Shown here: piece by piece, positions 46,639-58,011 of the stretch
Layout of the letters: the number at the start of each line of letters is the position of its first letter
How positions within the stretch are numbered: position 1 is the stretch's first letter
IMG/VR virus record: IMGVR_UViG_3300027782_000036
Source of the DNA: a virus
Direction: 5' to 3' (one strand)
Length of the DNA: 64,000 nt
Made by a program: the position numbers and the translations under genes
Notes under the pieces: generated by a model
Seen by the model: only the letters and a program-made list of their open reading frames with translations
What the model was told of the DNA's origin: nothing
The model's database searches: none

Positions 46639-49600
46639 ATGCCAGTCATAGAAAATTTAAGTTTAGCAAACACCTTTGGAGAATGGGTCAATATCACCAA
46701 TGATGCTGTTGATGCAATTAACACATTATATTTTGATAATTTTAATAAGCCGACAGGAACGTTATATTTAAGTGAACCAACAACAGGTTTAGTGGTTGCT
46801 AATAATTCTTTATTTCAAGGTTTAGTTCAAGTTGGCACTTCAGGTAGCATAGTATCTTATGGTCTGATTGAAGGTAAAGATAGTTTAGTTCTTTCAAATA
46901 CTAGTTCAAACAAAGTTGTTCTTACAGCAAATGGTATTGTTGAATTAATAGGTCCTAATGCTTCACTTAAAGTTTCTAATAATGCTATAATCTATGGTCG
47001 TTTAAACGTTGACAATATAGTTGCTAACACTATTACTGTTAAAAATTTCAATAATGATTTTTTAAATGCTGCTTTCAGTCAAGCCAACTCAGCAGCCTCT
47101 TTTGCTAATGGTGCTTTTACTAAAGCAAATACAACCAATGATTTAGCTTACTTAATTTATTCTTATGCTAATACTAGTTACACTCAAGCTAATAATGCGG
47201 CTAGTTTTGCTAATGGTGCTTTCACTAGAGCTAATACGACTAATGATTTAGCTTATATCATATATTCTTATGCTAATACTAGTTACACTCAAGCTAATAA
47301 TGCGGCTAGTTTTGCTAATGGTGCATTTAGTCGTGCCAATAGTGCTGCTTCATTTGCCAATGGTGCATTTACAACTGCTAACAATGCATTCAATGTAGCT
47401 AATGCAGCTTTCTTTCAAGCAAACAATGCATTCAATGTGACAAATGTAGTTTTTGGTGTTGCTAACAGTGCAGCTTCATTTGCTAACGGCGCTTTCGTAT
47501 CAGCTAACAGTGCAGCTTCATTTGCTAATGGTGCTTTTAATGCTGCTAATTCAGCAGCTTCATTTGCTAATGGTGCTTTCACTAAAGCTAATACGACTAA
47601 TGATTTAGCATACATCGTATATGCTTATGCTAATACAGGTTATGCTCAAGCCAATTCAGCAGCTTCATTTGCTAATGGTGTATTTACTACCGCTAATGCA
47701 GCTTTACCAAAATCAGGTGGAACATTAACAGGAGATATTACTGGTGCAAATGCTACATTTCAAAATATTTCTGCACAAGGTAATTTTACAATTAACGGCG
47801 TAACTGTTTATAACTCTGATGTATTTACATTAAATTCTGGTGCTGCAACTAATCAAAATGGTATATTCTCAAATTATAGACCTTCTGGTTCTTCTAATGC
47901 AGCTATTAGATGGAATGAATCTACCTTATCTTGGGGTATTAGAGATGTAAATAATACTGATACATCTACTGCTTATGCTAATGTTGTAACATCTAATACA
48001 ACATCATCAACAACACGTTCTGGTATTGTTCAATTAACTGATTCAATATCATCAACAAGCACAACTACAGCAGCAACACCTAATTCTGTTAAAACATCAT
48101 ATGATCTAGCACAAGGTTCTTTTAATCTCGCTAATACTTTGGTATATACATCAGGAGCATTTGATCGTGCTAACTCGGCCTATGCTCAAGCTAACTCAGC
48201 AGCCTCATTTGCTAACGGTGCATTTACAACCGCTAACTCAGCAGCCTCATTTGCTAACGGTGCTTTTGTTACTGCTAACAGTGCAGCTTCATTTGCTAAC
48301 GGTGCGTTTACTTTTGCTAATACAAGATATAGTGCATCAGGTGGTACTATCTCGGGTGATGTATCCGTAACAGGTAACTTAACAGTTAATGGTACAGCAA
48401 CATACATTTATTCTAAAGTAGTGGATATTAATGATTCATTAATTCATTTAGCTAATAATAATACTTCAAGTGATACTGTTGATATTGGTTTCTATGGAAC
48501 ATATAATACTGGTGGTTTTAACAGATATACTGGTTTGTTTAGAAAAGCAGCTGACAAATATTATTTGGTTCAAGCACTCACTACCGACCCATCACAAAAT
48601 ACTGTAACGTTTAATAATTTAAATCGATCAACCTTAGATGCAAACTTTACAGGTGGTACTGTTTCAGGCCTTTCATCTGCTATTCCTGTTGCTGACGGTG
48701 GTACAGGAACTACAACATCTACCGGTACAGGTTCGGTTGTATTACATACGGGTCCAGAACTTATTTCACCATCTATGTCTGGAATGCCTACTGCACCAAC
48801 TGCTGCAGCTGGTAATAATAGCACAATGGTGGCAACAACTGCATTTGTTCAAACTGCCGGCACCAATGTAATTGTTGCACCTTTCTTACAAGCTAACAAT
48901 TCATTTAATGTCGCTAACGCTTCATTTAATCAAGCAAATAATTCATTCAACGTAGCTAATGCTGCCTTTATTCAAGCTAACAATTCATTCAATGTAACTA
49001 ATGTTGCTTTCACTGCTGCTAATAGTGCAACTTCATTGATTAGAGGTTTTGGATTCTATACACAGAATGGTATAACTGCAAATACAGGTCCTGACGGAGT
49101 AAGATCAAGTAATAATGCTTTCATTGGATTAGCATCATCAGGTGTTTCTGTTGGCACATATGCTAATGCTAACACCATTTCTGTTGTTACCTATGATACG
49201 TATGGTCGTGCCACATATGCAGCTAACGTTCGTGTAGTTATCACATCATCACAAATTAGTGATTTATCAGCTACTATAACTCCACCTTTTGCACAAGCTA
49301 ATAATTCTTTTGCCCAAGCAAATAATTCATTCAACGTTGCTAATCTTGCATATACAGCAGCTAATGTAGCTTTTGGTCGAGTTTCAGTTACGGCAAATAC
49401 AGGCGACTTAATAGCTAATGGTATTAATACGGCAGTTGTTGGTAATGTAGTAATAGGTTTAGCAACAACTACTGTAGCTGCTGGCACATATGGTGGTACA
49501 TCACAAATTCCAGTAATTACAATTGATACTAAAGGTCGTGCTACATATGCAGCTAATGTCACCTTCTCTGGTGGTGCAACGATCACTGATGATATCACAA

Positions 49601-50010
49601 CAGATGCTACACGATATCCATTATTTGCTTCATCAACTTCTGGTACTTTATCGACTGCTTACACTTCATCTTCAGATTTAACTTATAATCCATCTACTGG
49701 TACTTTAAGTGCTGTAATCTTTACATCATTATCAGATAGAAGTGTTAAAGATAATATTCAAATTGTCACTGGTGCTTTAGATACTATTAAACAACTTGAG
49801 GGTGTATCATTTAATTGGAAAGAAAATGGTAACAAATCTTATGGTGTAATTGCTCAAGACATCGAACAAGTATTACCAGATATGGTACAAACTAATGATG
49901 CTGGTCTCAAGACTGTAGATTATCAAGCACTATCTGCTTTCTTAATTGAATCAATCAAAGAATTGAAAACAGAGATTGACACACTCAAAGAAAAGTTGTA
50001 TAATAAGTAG
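46639..50010 (+). CDS. Tail fibre with Ala-Asn heptad repeats and a C-terminal S74 intramolecular chaperone
   Basis: NTFGEW N-terminus; GIVQLTDS..STSTTTAATPNSVK fibre repeat; SDRSVKDNI...GVIAQDIEQVLP. Confidence 0.85.
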   Translation: MPVIENLSLANTFGEWVNITNDAVDAINTLYFDNFNKPTGTLYLSEPTTGLVVANNSLFQGLVQVGTSGSIVSYGLIEGKDSLVLSNTSSNKVVLTANGIVELIGPNASLKVSNNAIIYGRLNVDNIVANTITVKNFNNDFLNAAFSQANSAASFANGAFTKANTTNDLAYLIYSYANTSYTQANNAASFANGAFTRANTTNDLAYIIYSYANTSYTQANNAASFANGAFSRANSAASFANGAFTTANNAFNVANAAFFQANNAFNVTNVVFGVANSAASFANGAFVSANSAASFANGAFNAANSAASFANGAFTKANTTNDLAYIVYAYANTGYAQANSAASFANGVFTTANAALPKSGGTLTGDITGANATFQNISAQGNFTINGVTVYNSDVFTLNSGAATNQNGIFSNYRPSGSSNAAIRWNESTLSWGIRDVNNTDTSTAYANVVTSNTTSSTTRSGIVQLTDSISSTSTTTAATPNSVKTSYDLAQGSFNLANTLVYTSGAFDRANSAYAQANSAASFANGAFTTANSAASFANGAFVTANSAASFANGAFTFANTRYSASGGTISGDVSVTGNLTVNGTATYIYSKVVDINDSLIHLANNNTSSDTVDIGFYGTYNTGGFNRYTGLFRKAADKYYLVQALTTDPSQNTVTFNNLNRSTLDANFTGGTVSGLSSAIPVADGGTGTTTSTGTGSVVLHTGPELISPSMSGMPTAPTAAAGNNSTMVATTAFVQTAGTNVIVAPFLQANNSFNVANASFNQANNSFNVANAAFIQANNSFNVTNVAFTAANSATSLIRGFGFYTQNGITANTGPDGVRSSNNAFIGLASSGVSVGTYANANTISVVTYDTYGRATYAANVRVVITSSQISDLSATITPPFAQANNSFAQANNSFNVANLAYTAANVAFGRVSVTANTGDLIANGINTAVVGNVVIGLATTTVAAGTYGGTSQIPVITIDTKGRATYAANVTFSGGATITDDITTDATRYPLFASSTSGTLSTAYTSSSDLTYNPSTGTLSAVIFTSLSDRSVKDNIQIVTGALDTIKQLEGVSFNWKENGNKSYGVIAQDIEQVLPDMVQTNDAGLKTVDYQALSAFLIESIKELKTEIDTLKEKLYNK
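47158..47324 (+). repeat. 62-bp exact direct repeat (47158-47219 / 47263-47324) inside the fibre gene
   Basis: Offset 105 bp = five heptads. Confidence 0.85.
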
Positions 50011-50046
50011 ATAAATAAATTATATTATTTGAGAGGTAATTAATCC

Positions 50047-51651
50047 ATGTCTAAAGTGAAATTTCATACGGTTGATCAACCCGATTCAGACACAACCACC
50101 TTTGTATTATCATGTAATCGTCTTGATGTTCTAGACAAAACACTCCAATCGTTTTATGATACCAGAGACTATGTAACTAAAATGGTTATATTAGATGACT
50201 CAGCCGAGCCTGGTGTATTTGAAACTCTTGTTGAACGTTATGGTAAAGACTGTGATGTTATTTGTTTCCCACGTAATCGTTCACAATGGTTTGCCATGGA
50301 TTTTATGGTATCCTATTGTGATTCTGAATACATTTTCTATCTTGAAGATGATTGGGAACTCCGCCAGCCAGGTTATCTAAACAAATCAAAAGCTATTCTA
50401 CAAAAATACCGAGAAGTCGGTGTCGTTGATATCTCATGGAGAACGTTTGAGTTCCAAGGTATTGATTCATATGAAAAGAAACTTATCGATGGTGAATTCT
50501 TTTGGAAGAAACCATGGAAGATTACCGACAATCATGTAGCATGGCATCTATGGTGTGGCAGTCCTAATCTCAGACGTAGAGATGATCTTATTATGTTAGG
50601 TCGTGTAGAGAAGTGGCATAATGAATGGAACATTGATCGTAAGTTTACAGCATTAGGTTTCAAAGGTGTGTATCTTAATGGTGAATACGCAAGACATCTT
50701 GGAGATCATTGTTCTAAGATGGCTGGTCAAAGACCAGATGATTCTAAAACTCCATATGATTTTCTACCAGAAGAACTTAAAAGAAATCGTAGAGCACCTT
50801 ATATTAACTATAGGGAGATGGACTGGATCTATGAGTATCCTGCTGATGTAACATTAGTTACTATGGCTGTTGATATCTCTAGAGGTGATCGTGACTTTGA
50901 AGAACATTACATTAGAGGTCTTGATCAACTTCTTTCTGTTCGTAATCCTTTAGTTGTCTATGCTGATCCAAAATATCATGACTACATTAGAAATAAACGT
51001 AAAGAATTGAGTATTGCTACATCTAATAATCGTGTAGAGTGTAGATCATTGACATTAAGAGATTTAGAAACTAGAATACCTTTTAATGATATACAAAAAG
51101 TTATAACAGACACCAATTGGATTGATCAATCAGATTGGATTAAGAATTCACCTCTTATTAATCCTTATTATATACCACTCACTCTAATCAAGAATACAAT
51201 ACTTGAAGATGTTGCTGTTCAAAATCCATTGGGTTCAAAACGATTCTATTGGATTGATTCTGGTTTCTATAATAGCTTTGGTGTCACTGATCCAATCACC
51301 ACCTTCGACTTTCTAAAAATTACTAAAGATAATTTCTTACTTACATCTTATCCATATTCAACGAATTCAGAAATTCATGGACTTGATATTAAGTTTATGC
51401 AAGATACTATTGGTAAGAAACCGGAATATGTGTGTCGTGCTACAATCTTTGGTGGGACTAAAGATCAGATTCAAAAATTCAATGATAAATATTTTCAGTT
51501 AATGAGAAAGTCATTAGATGCTGGTCACATTGGAACAGAGGAAGCTTTGTTTACTATGGTTGAAATGATGTATCCAGATTTAGTCAAACGATATGTAATG
51601 CCTAATGGTGATATCAAAAATTATTTAATTAGTCTTAAAAAAGGTTTGTGA
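50047..51651 (+). CDS. Two-domain glycosyltransferase (GT2-like + HtrL/YibB-like)
   Basis: SCNRLD.L..TL.S, ILDDS, YIFYLEDDW; second domain VTLVT...D, YWIDSG, GTEEALFT. Confidence 0.8.
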   Translation: MSKVKFHTVDQPDSDTTTFVLSCNRLDVLDKTLQSFYDTRDYVTKMVILDDSAEPGVFETLVERYGKDCDVICFPRNRSQWFAMDFMVSYCDSEYIFYLEDDWELRQPGYLNKSKAILQKYREVGVVDISWRTFEFQGIDSYEKKLIDGEFFWKKPWKITDNHVAWHLWCGSPNLRRRDDLIMLGRVEKWHNEWNIDRKFTALGFKGVYLNGEYARHLGDHCSKMAGQRPDDSKTPYDFLPEELKRNRRAPYINYREMDWIYEYPADVTLVTMAVDISRGDRDFEEHYIRGLDQLLSVRNPLVVYADPKYHDYIRNKRKELSIATSNNRVECRSLTLRDLETRIPFNDIQKVITDTNWIDQSDWIKNSPLINPYYIPLTLIKNTILEDVAVQNPLGSKRFYWIDSGFYNSFGVTDPITTFDFLKITKDNFLLTSYPYSTNSEIHGLDIKFMQDTIGKKPEYVCRATIFGGTKDQIQKFNDKYFQLMRKSLDAGHIGTEEALFTMVEMMYPDLVKRYVMPNGDIKNYLISLKKGL

Positions 51652-52385
51652 TGTCCTCTTTGAGTTTTGTTCTATTTGGCTCTAATCAATTACAATCAGC
51701 TGATTTTGTTTTAGAGAATATTCGCAAACATTATCCTGATAATTATATTGCTTTACTTTCTGATTGTGGTGCCGATTATAGCAATCTATCTAAGAAATAC
51801 AATACAGAATACTTTTATTCTAAAAAGAAACTTAGTTATCCTGTTCAACCATTTGGTTGGAGAAAAGATAAAGTAATCGATTTTTTAGAACGACTATATA
51901 TAGCATGTCTGAGATGTAACACTACTCATATCATGTATGTTGAAGAAGATGTGATTGTATTTAAACAATTAGTAATACCAGATGATGCTGAAGTTATTGG
52001 ATTTAAAACATGTTATCCTGATGGCTCTAAATTCCCTAATGGATTTCCCGATGAGTTCATAAGAATCACCGAACAGTTTTCTGGTGTTAAACCAAATGTT
52101 ATTGGCTATGGCGCACAAGGTGGTGCAGTCTTAAAAGTTGATACATTCATAAACAACTTCTACAGAATTAAACAATTCTTATTAGATAATATGGATCATA
52201 TTCAAGACAATGTTTATCCAACAGCAGGCTGGATAGATTGTTTTCTAACTTGGTATTATCTATTATGTGGTAAAAAATATGTATTCAATCCGAATTACAT
52301 TGAAGTAAATGACCGTTTCGATTATAACAACCCACCAGCTCACGCTGAATTAGCAACACACTATCAAGGAAAATATGTAAAATGA
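51648..52385 (+). CDS. Putative GT-A glycosyltransferase
   Basis: IRKHYPD..I.LLSD.G.D, IMYVEEDV, YGAQGG. Confidence 0.65.
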   Translation: MMSSLSFVLFGSNQLQSADFVLENIRKHYPDNYIALLSDCGADYSNLSKKYNTEYFYSKKKLSYPVQPFGWRKDKVIDFLERLYIACLRCNTTHIMYVEEDVIVFKQLVIPDDAEVIGFKTCYPDGSKFPNGFPDEFIRITEQFSGVKPNVIGYGAQGGAVLKVDTFINNFYRIKQFLLDNMDHIQDNVYPTAGWIDCFLTWYYLLCGKKYVFNPNYIEVNDRFDYNNPPAHAELATHYQGKYVK

Positions 52386-52942
52386 CCGACTTTATTGAAA
52401 AGATTAGAAATAGGAATATTGAATTAAAAATTAGACCAGAGTTCTTAGATCATTTACGTATATCGGAACACAAAGGTTGGTGGGTAAACACTAAAGGTGA
52501 CCACTATGCACTCTTATGTTGGATCTCAGAACAATTTAATAACACTACAATCTATGATGTTGGTACTTTCAGAGGTATGTCAGCACTAGCATTAGCAGCT
52601 AACCCTACAAATAAAGTTGTAACCTATGATATACATCCATGGCCTGATGATCGTATTCTTAATCCACCATCTAATATTGAATTCATTGTTGGTAATTTCT
52701 TTGAAGATAAAGACATTTTAAAATCACCACTCATTATGTTTGATGTTGATCCACATAATGGTATTATTGAAAGAGAATTTCTAAACTGGCTAGACGCAAA
52801 TGATTACAAAGGCATTGTATTCTTTGATGATATTCATTTAAATCCATCAATGCAATCTATTTGGGATTCTATTAATAAAGAAAAGTATGACTTAACAGAT
52901 TTAGGCCACTATTCTGGTTCAGGTATTGCAATTTATAATTAA
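52382..52942 (+). CDS. Class I SAM-dependent methyltransferase
   Basis: [29 protein letters not shown]. Confidence 0.8.
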   Translation: MTDFIEKIRNRNIELKIRPEFLDHLRISEHKGWWVNTKGDHYALLCWISEQFNNTTIYDVGTFRGMSALALAANPTNKVVTYDIHPWPDDRILNPPSNIEFIVGNFFEDKDILKSPLIMFDVDPHNGIIEREFLNWLDANDYKGIVFFDDIHLNPSMQSIWDSINKEKYDLTDLGHYSGSGIAIYN

Positions 52943-52956
52943 TTCGGGAGTATATA

Positions 52957-54099
52957 ATGAGTGAAAAAATGACGTTTCATATCCTAGGTTTGCCACACAC
53001 AGTAACATCTAAAGAGTATGTAGCTTGTGCCTACACACAGAAAGTGTGGAAGTTTGGCAAGATGATGACTGAACGTGGTCATAAAGTAATACACTATGGT
53101 CATGAAGAATCTGATGTGCCATGTACCGAACATGTAACAGTCACTACTAATAAAGACCTAGAGATTGCTTATGGTAACTATGATTGGCGTAAGAACTTCT
53201 TTAAATTTTCTACAGGCGACCATGCTTATCAAGAGTTTTATAAGAACGCAATTCGTGAAGTTGGTCTTCGTAAACAACCAAAAGATTTCATTCTTCCATT
53301 TTGGGGATCAGGTACTAGACCAGTATGTGATGCTCATCCAGATTTAATCACTGTAGAACCTGGTATCGGTTATGCTGGTGGTCATTGGGCTAGATTTAAA
53401 ATTTTTGAATCATATGCTATCATGCACGCTTACTATGGTTTAACAGCGGTAGGAACTTGTAAGAATAACTTCTATGATGTTGTTATCCCCAATTACTTTG
53501 ATCCTGATGACTTTACCTTTGCACCTGAAACTAAGGAAGATTACTTCCTATTCTTAGGTCGAGTTTATGCCGGCAAAGGTGTTGATATTGCTGTTCAAGT
53601 CACAGAGAAGATTGGTGCTAAACTCAAGATTGCTGGACAAAATCCAGATAACACAAAGTTTCCACCTCATGTTGAATTTGTAGGTTATGCTGATGTAGAG
53701 AAACGTAGAGAACTTATGAGTAAAGCTAAAGCATCATTTGTGTGTTCAATGTATGTTGAACCATTTGGTGGTGTTCAAGTTGAAAATCTATTTTCCGGTA
53801 CACCAACAATTACTACAGATTGGGGTTCATTCACTGAGAATAATATTCATGGTGTAACTGGTTATCGTTGCAGAACTTTTGAAGAATTCTGTTGGGCTGC
53901 CAAGAATATCGATAAGATTAAACCACAAAATTGTCGTGATTGGGCTATGAATTTTTCACTCGACAAAGTGGCAAAGATGTATGAAGAATACTTTCAAGCT
54001 GTTTTAAATATCCATGGTAAAAAAGGATGGTATGAAGAGAATCCAGATAGAACGGATTTGAACTATGCTAGAAAATTATATCCTGGAACTGAACTATAA
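52957..54099 (+). CDS. GT-B (GT4-like) glycosyltransferase
   Basis: [29 protein letters not shown]...E. Confidence 0.9.
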   Translation: MSEKMTFHILGLPHTVTSKEYVACAYTQKVWKFGKMMTERGHKVIHYGHEESDVPCTEHVTVTTNKDLEIAYGNYDWRKNFFKFSTGDHAYQEFYKNAIREVGLRKQPKDFILPFWGSGTRPVCDAHPDLITVEPGIGYAGGHWARFKIFESYAIMHAYYGLTAVGTCKNNFYDVVIPNYFDPDDFTFAPETKEDYFLFLGRVYAGKGVDIAVQVTEKIGAKLKIAGQNPDNTKFPPHVEFVGYADVEKRRELMSKAKASFVCSMYVEPFGGVQVENLFSGTPTITTDWGSFTENNIHGVTGYRCRTFEEFCWAAKNIDKIKPQNCRDWAMNFSLDKVAKMYEEYFQAVLNIHGKKGWYEENPDRTDLNYARKLYPGTEL

Positions 54100-54112
54100 C
54101 ACATATAATTCA

Positions 54113-54120
54113 TATAAATA
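54113..54120 (+). promoter_or_regulatory. T4 late promoter TATAAATA
   Basis: Exact consensus, intergenic. Confidence 0.75.
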
Positions 54121-54155
54121 AGACCATATAAAAATCATTTATTTGAGTATAATAT

Positions 54156-54503
54156 ATGGCCACAGGTTATCAAGAACTATATCTAGAAAAAGGTGCTACA
54201 TTTAATGTTACTATTACATTAGATGCTGTTAATAATACCCCGTATAATTTGACAGGTTATACTGCAAATTCTCAGATGCGAACTTCATATTATTCAGCTA
54301 ATGCTGTAGCTACATTCTCCACTAGGATTGGAAATGATCCAACTAAAGGTCAAGTAATTCTTAATCTAACACATCAACAAACAGCTAATATATCTCCTGG
54401 AAGATATGTGTATGATATCTATATCTCCAATGGTTCAGATACGTGGCGTTCAAGAGTTTTAGAGGGAATTGTAAATGTCACTCCGTCTGTAACAGTATTT
54501 TAA
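54156..54503 (+). CDS. Small Ig-like virion/adaptor protein
   Basis: GATF, NLTGYTA.SQMR.SY, GRYVYDI, RVLEGIV.VTP.VT. Confidence 0.75.
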   Translation: MATGYQELYLEKGATFNVTITLDAVNNTPYNLTGYTANSQMRTSYYSANAVATFSTRIGNDPTKGQVILNLTHQQTANISPGRYVYDIYISNGSDTWRSRVLEGIVNVTPSVTVF

Positions 54504-54518
54504 GAATAGGTAAAATTA

Positions 54519-55646
54519 ATGCCAACCGTAGCCAGTGATTTATATACCGTAAACACTATACAATATGGAAGTGGTGAACCTGGTGCTACAGGTATCCAAG
54601 GTGCTAGTGGTGCTACAGGTACTCAAGGTGCTTCTGGTTCAGGTGCTGCTGGTGCAACAGGTATTCAAGGCGCTTCAGGTGCTACAGGTACTCAAGGTGC
54701 TACCGGTGTCCAAGGTGCCTCCGGCATAGGTGAAACGGGTGCCTCTGGTGCTGATTCAACGGTTCCAGGTGCTACCGGTGTTCAAGGTGCTTCTGGCATA
54801 GGTGAAATAGGTGCTTCAGGTGCCGACTCAACAGTTCCTGGTGCTACTGGAGAACAAGGTGCTACAGGTGTAGGTTTAACAGGTGCAACTGGTGTTGGTG
54901 GTTCTGGTGCCACTGGTTTATCAGGTGCTACAGGCGTAGGTTTAACAGGTGCAACTGGTGTAAGTGTTACTGGTGCTTCGGGCATAGCAGGTGCTACAGG
55001 CGTAGGTTTAACAGGTGCAACCGGTGTGAGTGTTACTGGTGCTACTGGTTTTGCTGGTGCTACTGGTATTGGTGTGGCTGCAATAACAACATTTAGAACA
55101 TCATCAACAGATCAAGTTGTCGTAGAAACAATCAATGCATCAACACAAAGAAGTGTTAAGTTTGAAATGCAATCAAATACATCTTCACAATTTCAAGCAT
55201 CAGAATTAAGATTATTAGTAGATTTACCTAACATATATCTCACTGAATATGGATCAATAGGTGAATCACTAGGCACATTTAAGACATATTATTCCCCAGC
55301 ATCTAATGATTATTCTTCACCTTATATAAATAATGGTGGACTTTCTGTGTGGAATGGAACAACATTGACTATCTACACAATTCATAATGAAGTCATTCAA
55401 GGTTTATTTTCAATGTATGCCGGTGATACATTTACTTTTAATGGTGGGGCTGCAACCGCCACATTAAGTTCAGTATTTACAGAAGTTTCTACTGGAATTT
55501 ATGAAGCAACTACAGCTGAAAATAGATCACCTCCATTATTATTATCAAGAATACAATGGACAGGAACTGGTAATATTGAATTAAGATATACACCAGTTAA
55601 TGCAGTAACAACATTAAGATATATTAAGGCAGAAATATCTGTCTAA
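54519..55646 (+). CDS. Collagen-like fibre protein 1
   Basis: GAT/GAS triplets; C-terminal RSVKF...TEYG domain. Confidence 0.85.
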   Translation: MPTVASDLYTVNTIQYGSGEPGATGIQGASGATGTQGASGSGAAGATGIQGASGATGTQGATGVQGASGIGETGASGADSTVPGATGVQGASGIGEIGASGADSTVPGATGEQGATGVGLTGATGVGGSGATGLSGATGVGLTGATGVSVTGASGIAGATGVGLTGATGVSVTGATGFAGATGIGVAAITTFRTSSTDQVVVETINASTQRSVKFEMQSNTSSQFQASELRLLVDLPNIYLTEYGSIGESLGTFKTYYSPASNDYSSPYINNGGLSVWNGTTLTIYTIHNEVIQGLFSMYAGDTFTFNGGAATATLSSVFTEVSTGIYEATTAENRSPPLLLSRIQWTGTGNIELRYTPVNAVTTLRYIKAEISV

Positions 55647-55659
55647 CAACTTATTTTTT

Positions 55660-55667
55660 TATAAATA
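55660..55667 (+). promoter_or_regulatory. T4 late promoter TATAAATA
   Basis: Exact consensus, intergenic. Confidence 0.75.
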
Positions 55668-55711
55668 CAAGATAACAAAAGCACTAAAAATACCATCAAG
55701 GAGATAACACT

Positions 55712-57970
55712 GTGGCAACAAATAATTCAAAATTCGTAGTAAAAAACGGTCTGTCCGTAGGCAATGGTGCCACCGGTCCAATAGATGTCATTGACGAAAA
55801 TGGTAATTGGATAGGAGCTCAACTTCCTTCTGGTGCAACCGGTGCTACAGGTGCTCCTGGTGCCACAGGTTCTCTAGGTAATGATGGTGCGACTGGTTAT
55901 ACCGGCGCTACAGGTATTCAAGGTGCTTCGGGTGCCACAGGTATTGATGGTGCTTCAGGTCTAACAGGCGCAACCGGCATTGATGGTGCTTCAGGTGCAA
56001 CTGGTCTTCAAGGTGCTTCAGGTTTAACTGGAGCTACGGGTATTGATGGTGCTACGGGTATTGATGGCGCAACAGGTATAGATGGTGCTTCAGGTTTAAC
56101 TGGTGCTACAGGCATTGATGGTGCCTCAGGTGCGACTGGTCTCGATGGCGCAACTGGTTACACTGGTGCTACTGGTTCTGCTGGTCTTGATGGTGACAAA
56201 TATAACACCACATCATCTACATCATTATCAATTCCAGTTCTAGGTGCAACTGGTATCACGGTCGATGCTAATTTAGATTATTCACCTGCTCAAACTATCG
56301 TAATCGCAAAAGATGCTAACAACTATCAATTAGGTACAGTCTCATCATATTCAGGAACGACATTAGCTTTTGTTCCAACAACTTATGTAGGTACTGCCTT
56401 AAATCATACTTCATGGACCGTTAATCTAGACGGTGCTCAAGGTGTTCAAGGTGCTACTGGTTACACTGGTGCTACTGGTATCCAAGGTGCTTCGGGTGCT
56501 ACAGGCGCTGATGGTGCTTCAGGTGCCACTGGTTATACTGGTGCTACAGGTATTCAAGGTGCATCTGGCGCTACAGGCGCAGATGGTGCCACTGGTTACA
56601 CAGGTGCTACAGGTATTCAAGGTGCATCAGGTGCCACTGGTGCTGATGGTGCTACAGGAGAAACAGGAGCTACAGGTTACACAGGTGCTACTGGTATTCG
56701 TGGTGCATCAGGTGCTACAGGTTTTGATGGTGCTACAGGAGAAACAGGATCTACAGGTCCAACTGGCCAAGTAGGTGCTTCAGGTGCTACAGGTTCTCAA
56801 GGTTTAGATGGTGCTACAGGTATTCAAGGTGCTTCAGGTGCTACGGGTATTGTAGGTGCTACAGGTTTACAAGGTGCTAGTGGATCAACGGGTATCGATG
56901 GTGCAACCGGTTTAACGGGTGCTACTGGTATCGATGGTGCAACTGGTATTGATGGTGCTACCGGTTATACTGGTGCAACTGGTATCGATGGTGCTTCTGG
57001 TATTGAAGGTGCTACAGGTATTGGTGGTGCTTCTGGTGCTACTGGTCTTGATGGCGCCACAGGTATTGGCGGAGCTACTGGTTATACAGGTGCTACAGGT
57101 ATTGGTGGTGCTTCAGGTGCTGATGGAGATACATATCATGCTCTATCAACTTCAGTGTTTACGATTGGTGGATCTGGTCAAATCACAATAACATTAAATG
57201 CTACAACATACGATTACACTCCAGGCCAATCAATCATAGTTGCTTATAATGCAAGTAACTATCAATTAGGTACAGTTGTAAGTTTAACTACAAATCAACT
57301 TATATTTAATAAGACTACATCAGTTGGTTCAGGTGAACACGATTCATGGACAATAAACTTAGATGGTGCTCAAGGTGTTCAAGGCGCTACTGGTTATACT
57401 GGTGCCACGGGTTCTTCAGGTAATGATGGTGCTACCGGTGTTCAAGGCGCTACTGGTTATACTGGAGCTACAGGCGTTCAAGGTGCTACCGGTGAAACAG
57501 GTGCTACAGGTATTAATGGTGCAACTGGTGAAACAGGCGCTACAGGATATACAGGTGCTACCGGCGTTCAAGGTGCTACAGGCGAAACAGGCGCTACTGG
57601 TGCCACTGGTTCTGATGGTCTTGTAGGTGCTACTGGTTATACAGGTGCTACTGGTGCTGGTTTACAAATTGGTGCATCAGGTTTAACTACAACCGTTCCA
57701 AATCAAACAATCGACACATATGATGCTACTGTATATAGAACTGCTAAGTATATCATTCAAGCTACTCATAGTTCTGACGTTCATTCAACAGAAGTTATTG
57801 TAACACATAATGGAACAGATGCTTCAGTGACAGAATATGCTACACTCTACTCAACATCTAGTTTGATGACGGTTAGTGCACTTTATAGTTCTGGTTATGT
57901 TTATGTTAAAGTCTCACCAGTAAATACAAACACAACTATTGACTTCTTACGTGAAGCAGTATTAGCTTAA
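55712..57970 (+). CDS. Collagen-like fibre protein 2
   Basis: GTG start, AAGGAG RBS; F.VKNGL N-terminus; three G-X-Y tracts; RTAKYIIQA...TEYA C-terminal domain. Confidence 0.9.
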   Translation: MATNNSKFVVKNGLSVGNGATGPIDVIDENGNWIGAQLPSGATGATGAPGATGSLGNDGATGYTGATGIQGASGATGIDGASGLTGATGIDGASGATGLQGASGLTGATGIDGATGIDGATGIDGASGLTGATGIDGASGATGLDGATGYTGATGSAGLDGDKYNTTSSTSLSIPVLGATGITVDANLDYSPAQTIVIAKDANNYQLGTVSSYSGTTLAFVPTTYVGTALNHTSWTVNLDGAQGVQGATGYTGATGIQGASGATGADGASGATGYTGATGIQGASGATGADGATGYTGATGIQGASGATGADGATGETGATGYTGATGIRGASGATGFDGATGETGSTGPTGQVGASGATGSQGLDGATGIQGASGATGIVGATGLQGASGSTGIDGATGLTGATGIDGATGIDGATGYTGATGIDGASGIEGATGIGGASGATGLDGATGIGGATGYTGATGIGGASGADGDTYHALSTSVFTIGGSGQITITLNATTYDYTPGQSIIVAYNASNYQLGTVVSLTTNQLIFNKTTSVGSGEHDSWTINLDGAQGVQGATGYTGATGSSGNDGATGVQGATGYTGATGVQGATGETGATGINGATGETGATGYTGATGVQGATGETGATGATGSDGLVGATGYTGATGAGLQIGASGLTTTVPNQTIDTYDATVYRTAKYIIQATHSSDVHSTEVIVTHNGTDASVTEYATLYSTSSLMTVSALYSSGYVYVKVSPVNTNTTIDFLREAVLA

Positions 57971-58011
57971 TACAATAAAAATAAAACAAAAATAATCTAG
58001 GGAGATTACTT

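Noticed and set aside
9237-49598. Numerous short antisense or nested ORFs within long genes
   Set aside because: Fully overlapped by well-supported genes, with no RBS or motifs.
36867-50010. Diversity-generating retroelement behind the repeated fibre sequences
   Set aside because: No reverse transcriptase in the window, and repeat differences are not adenine-specific.
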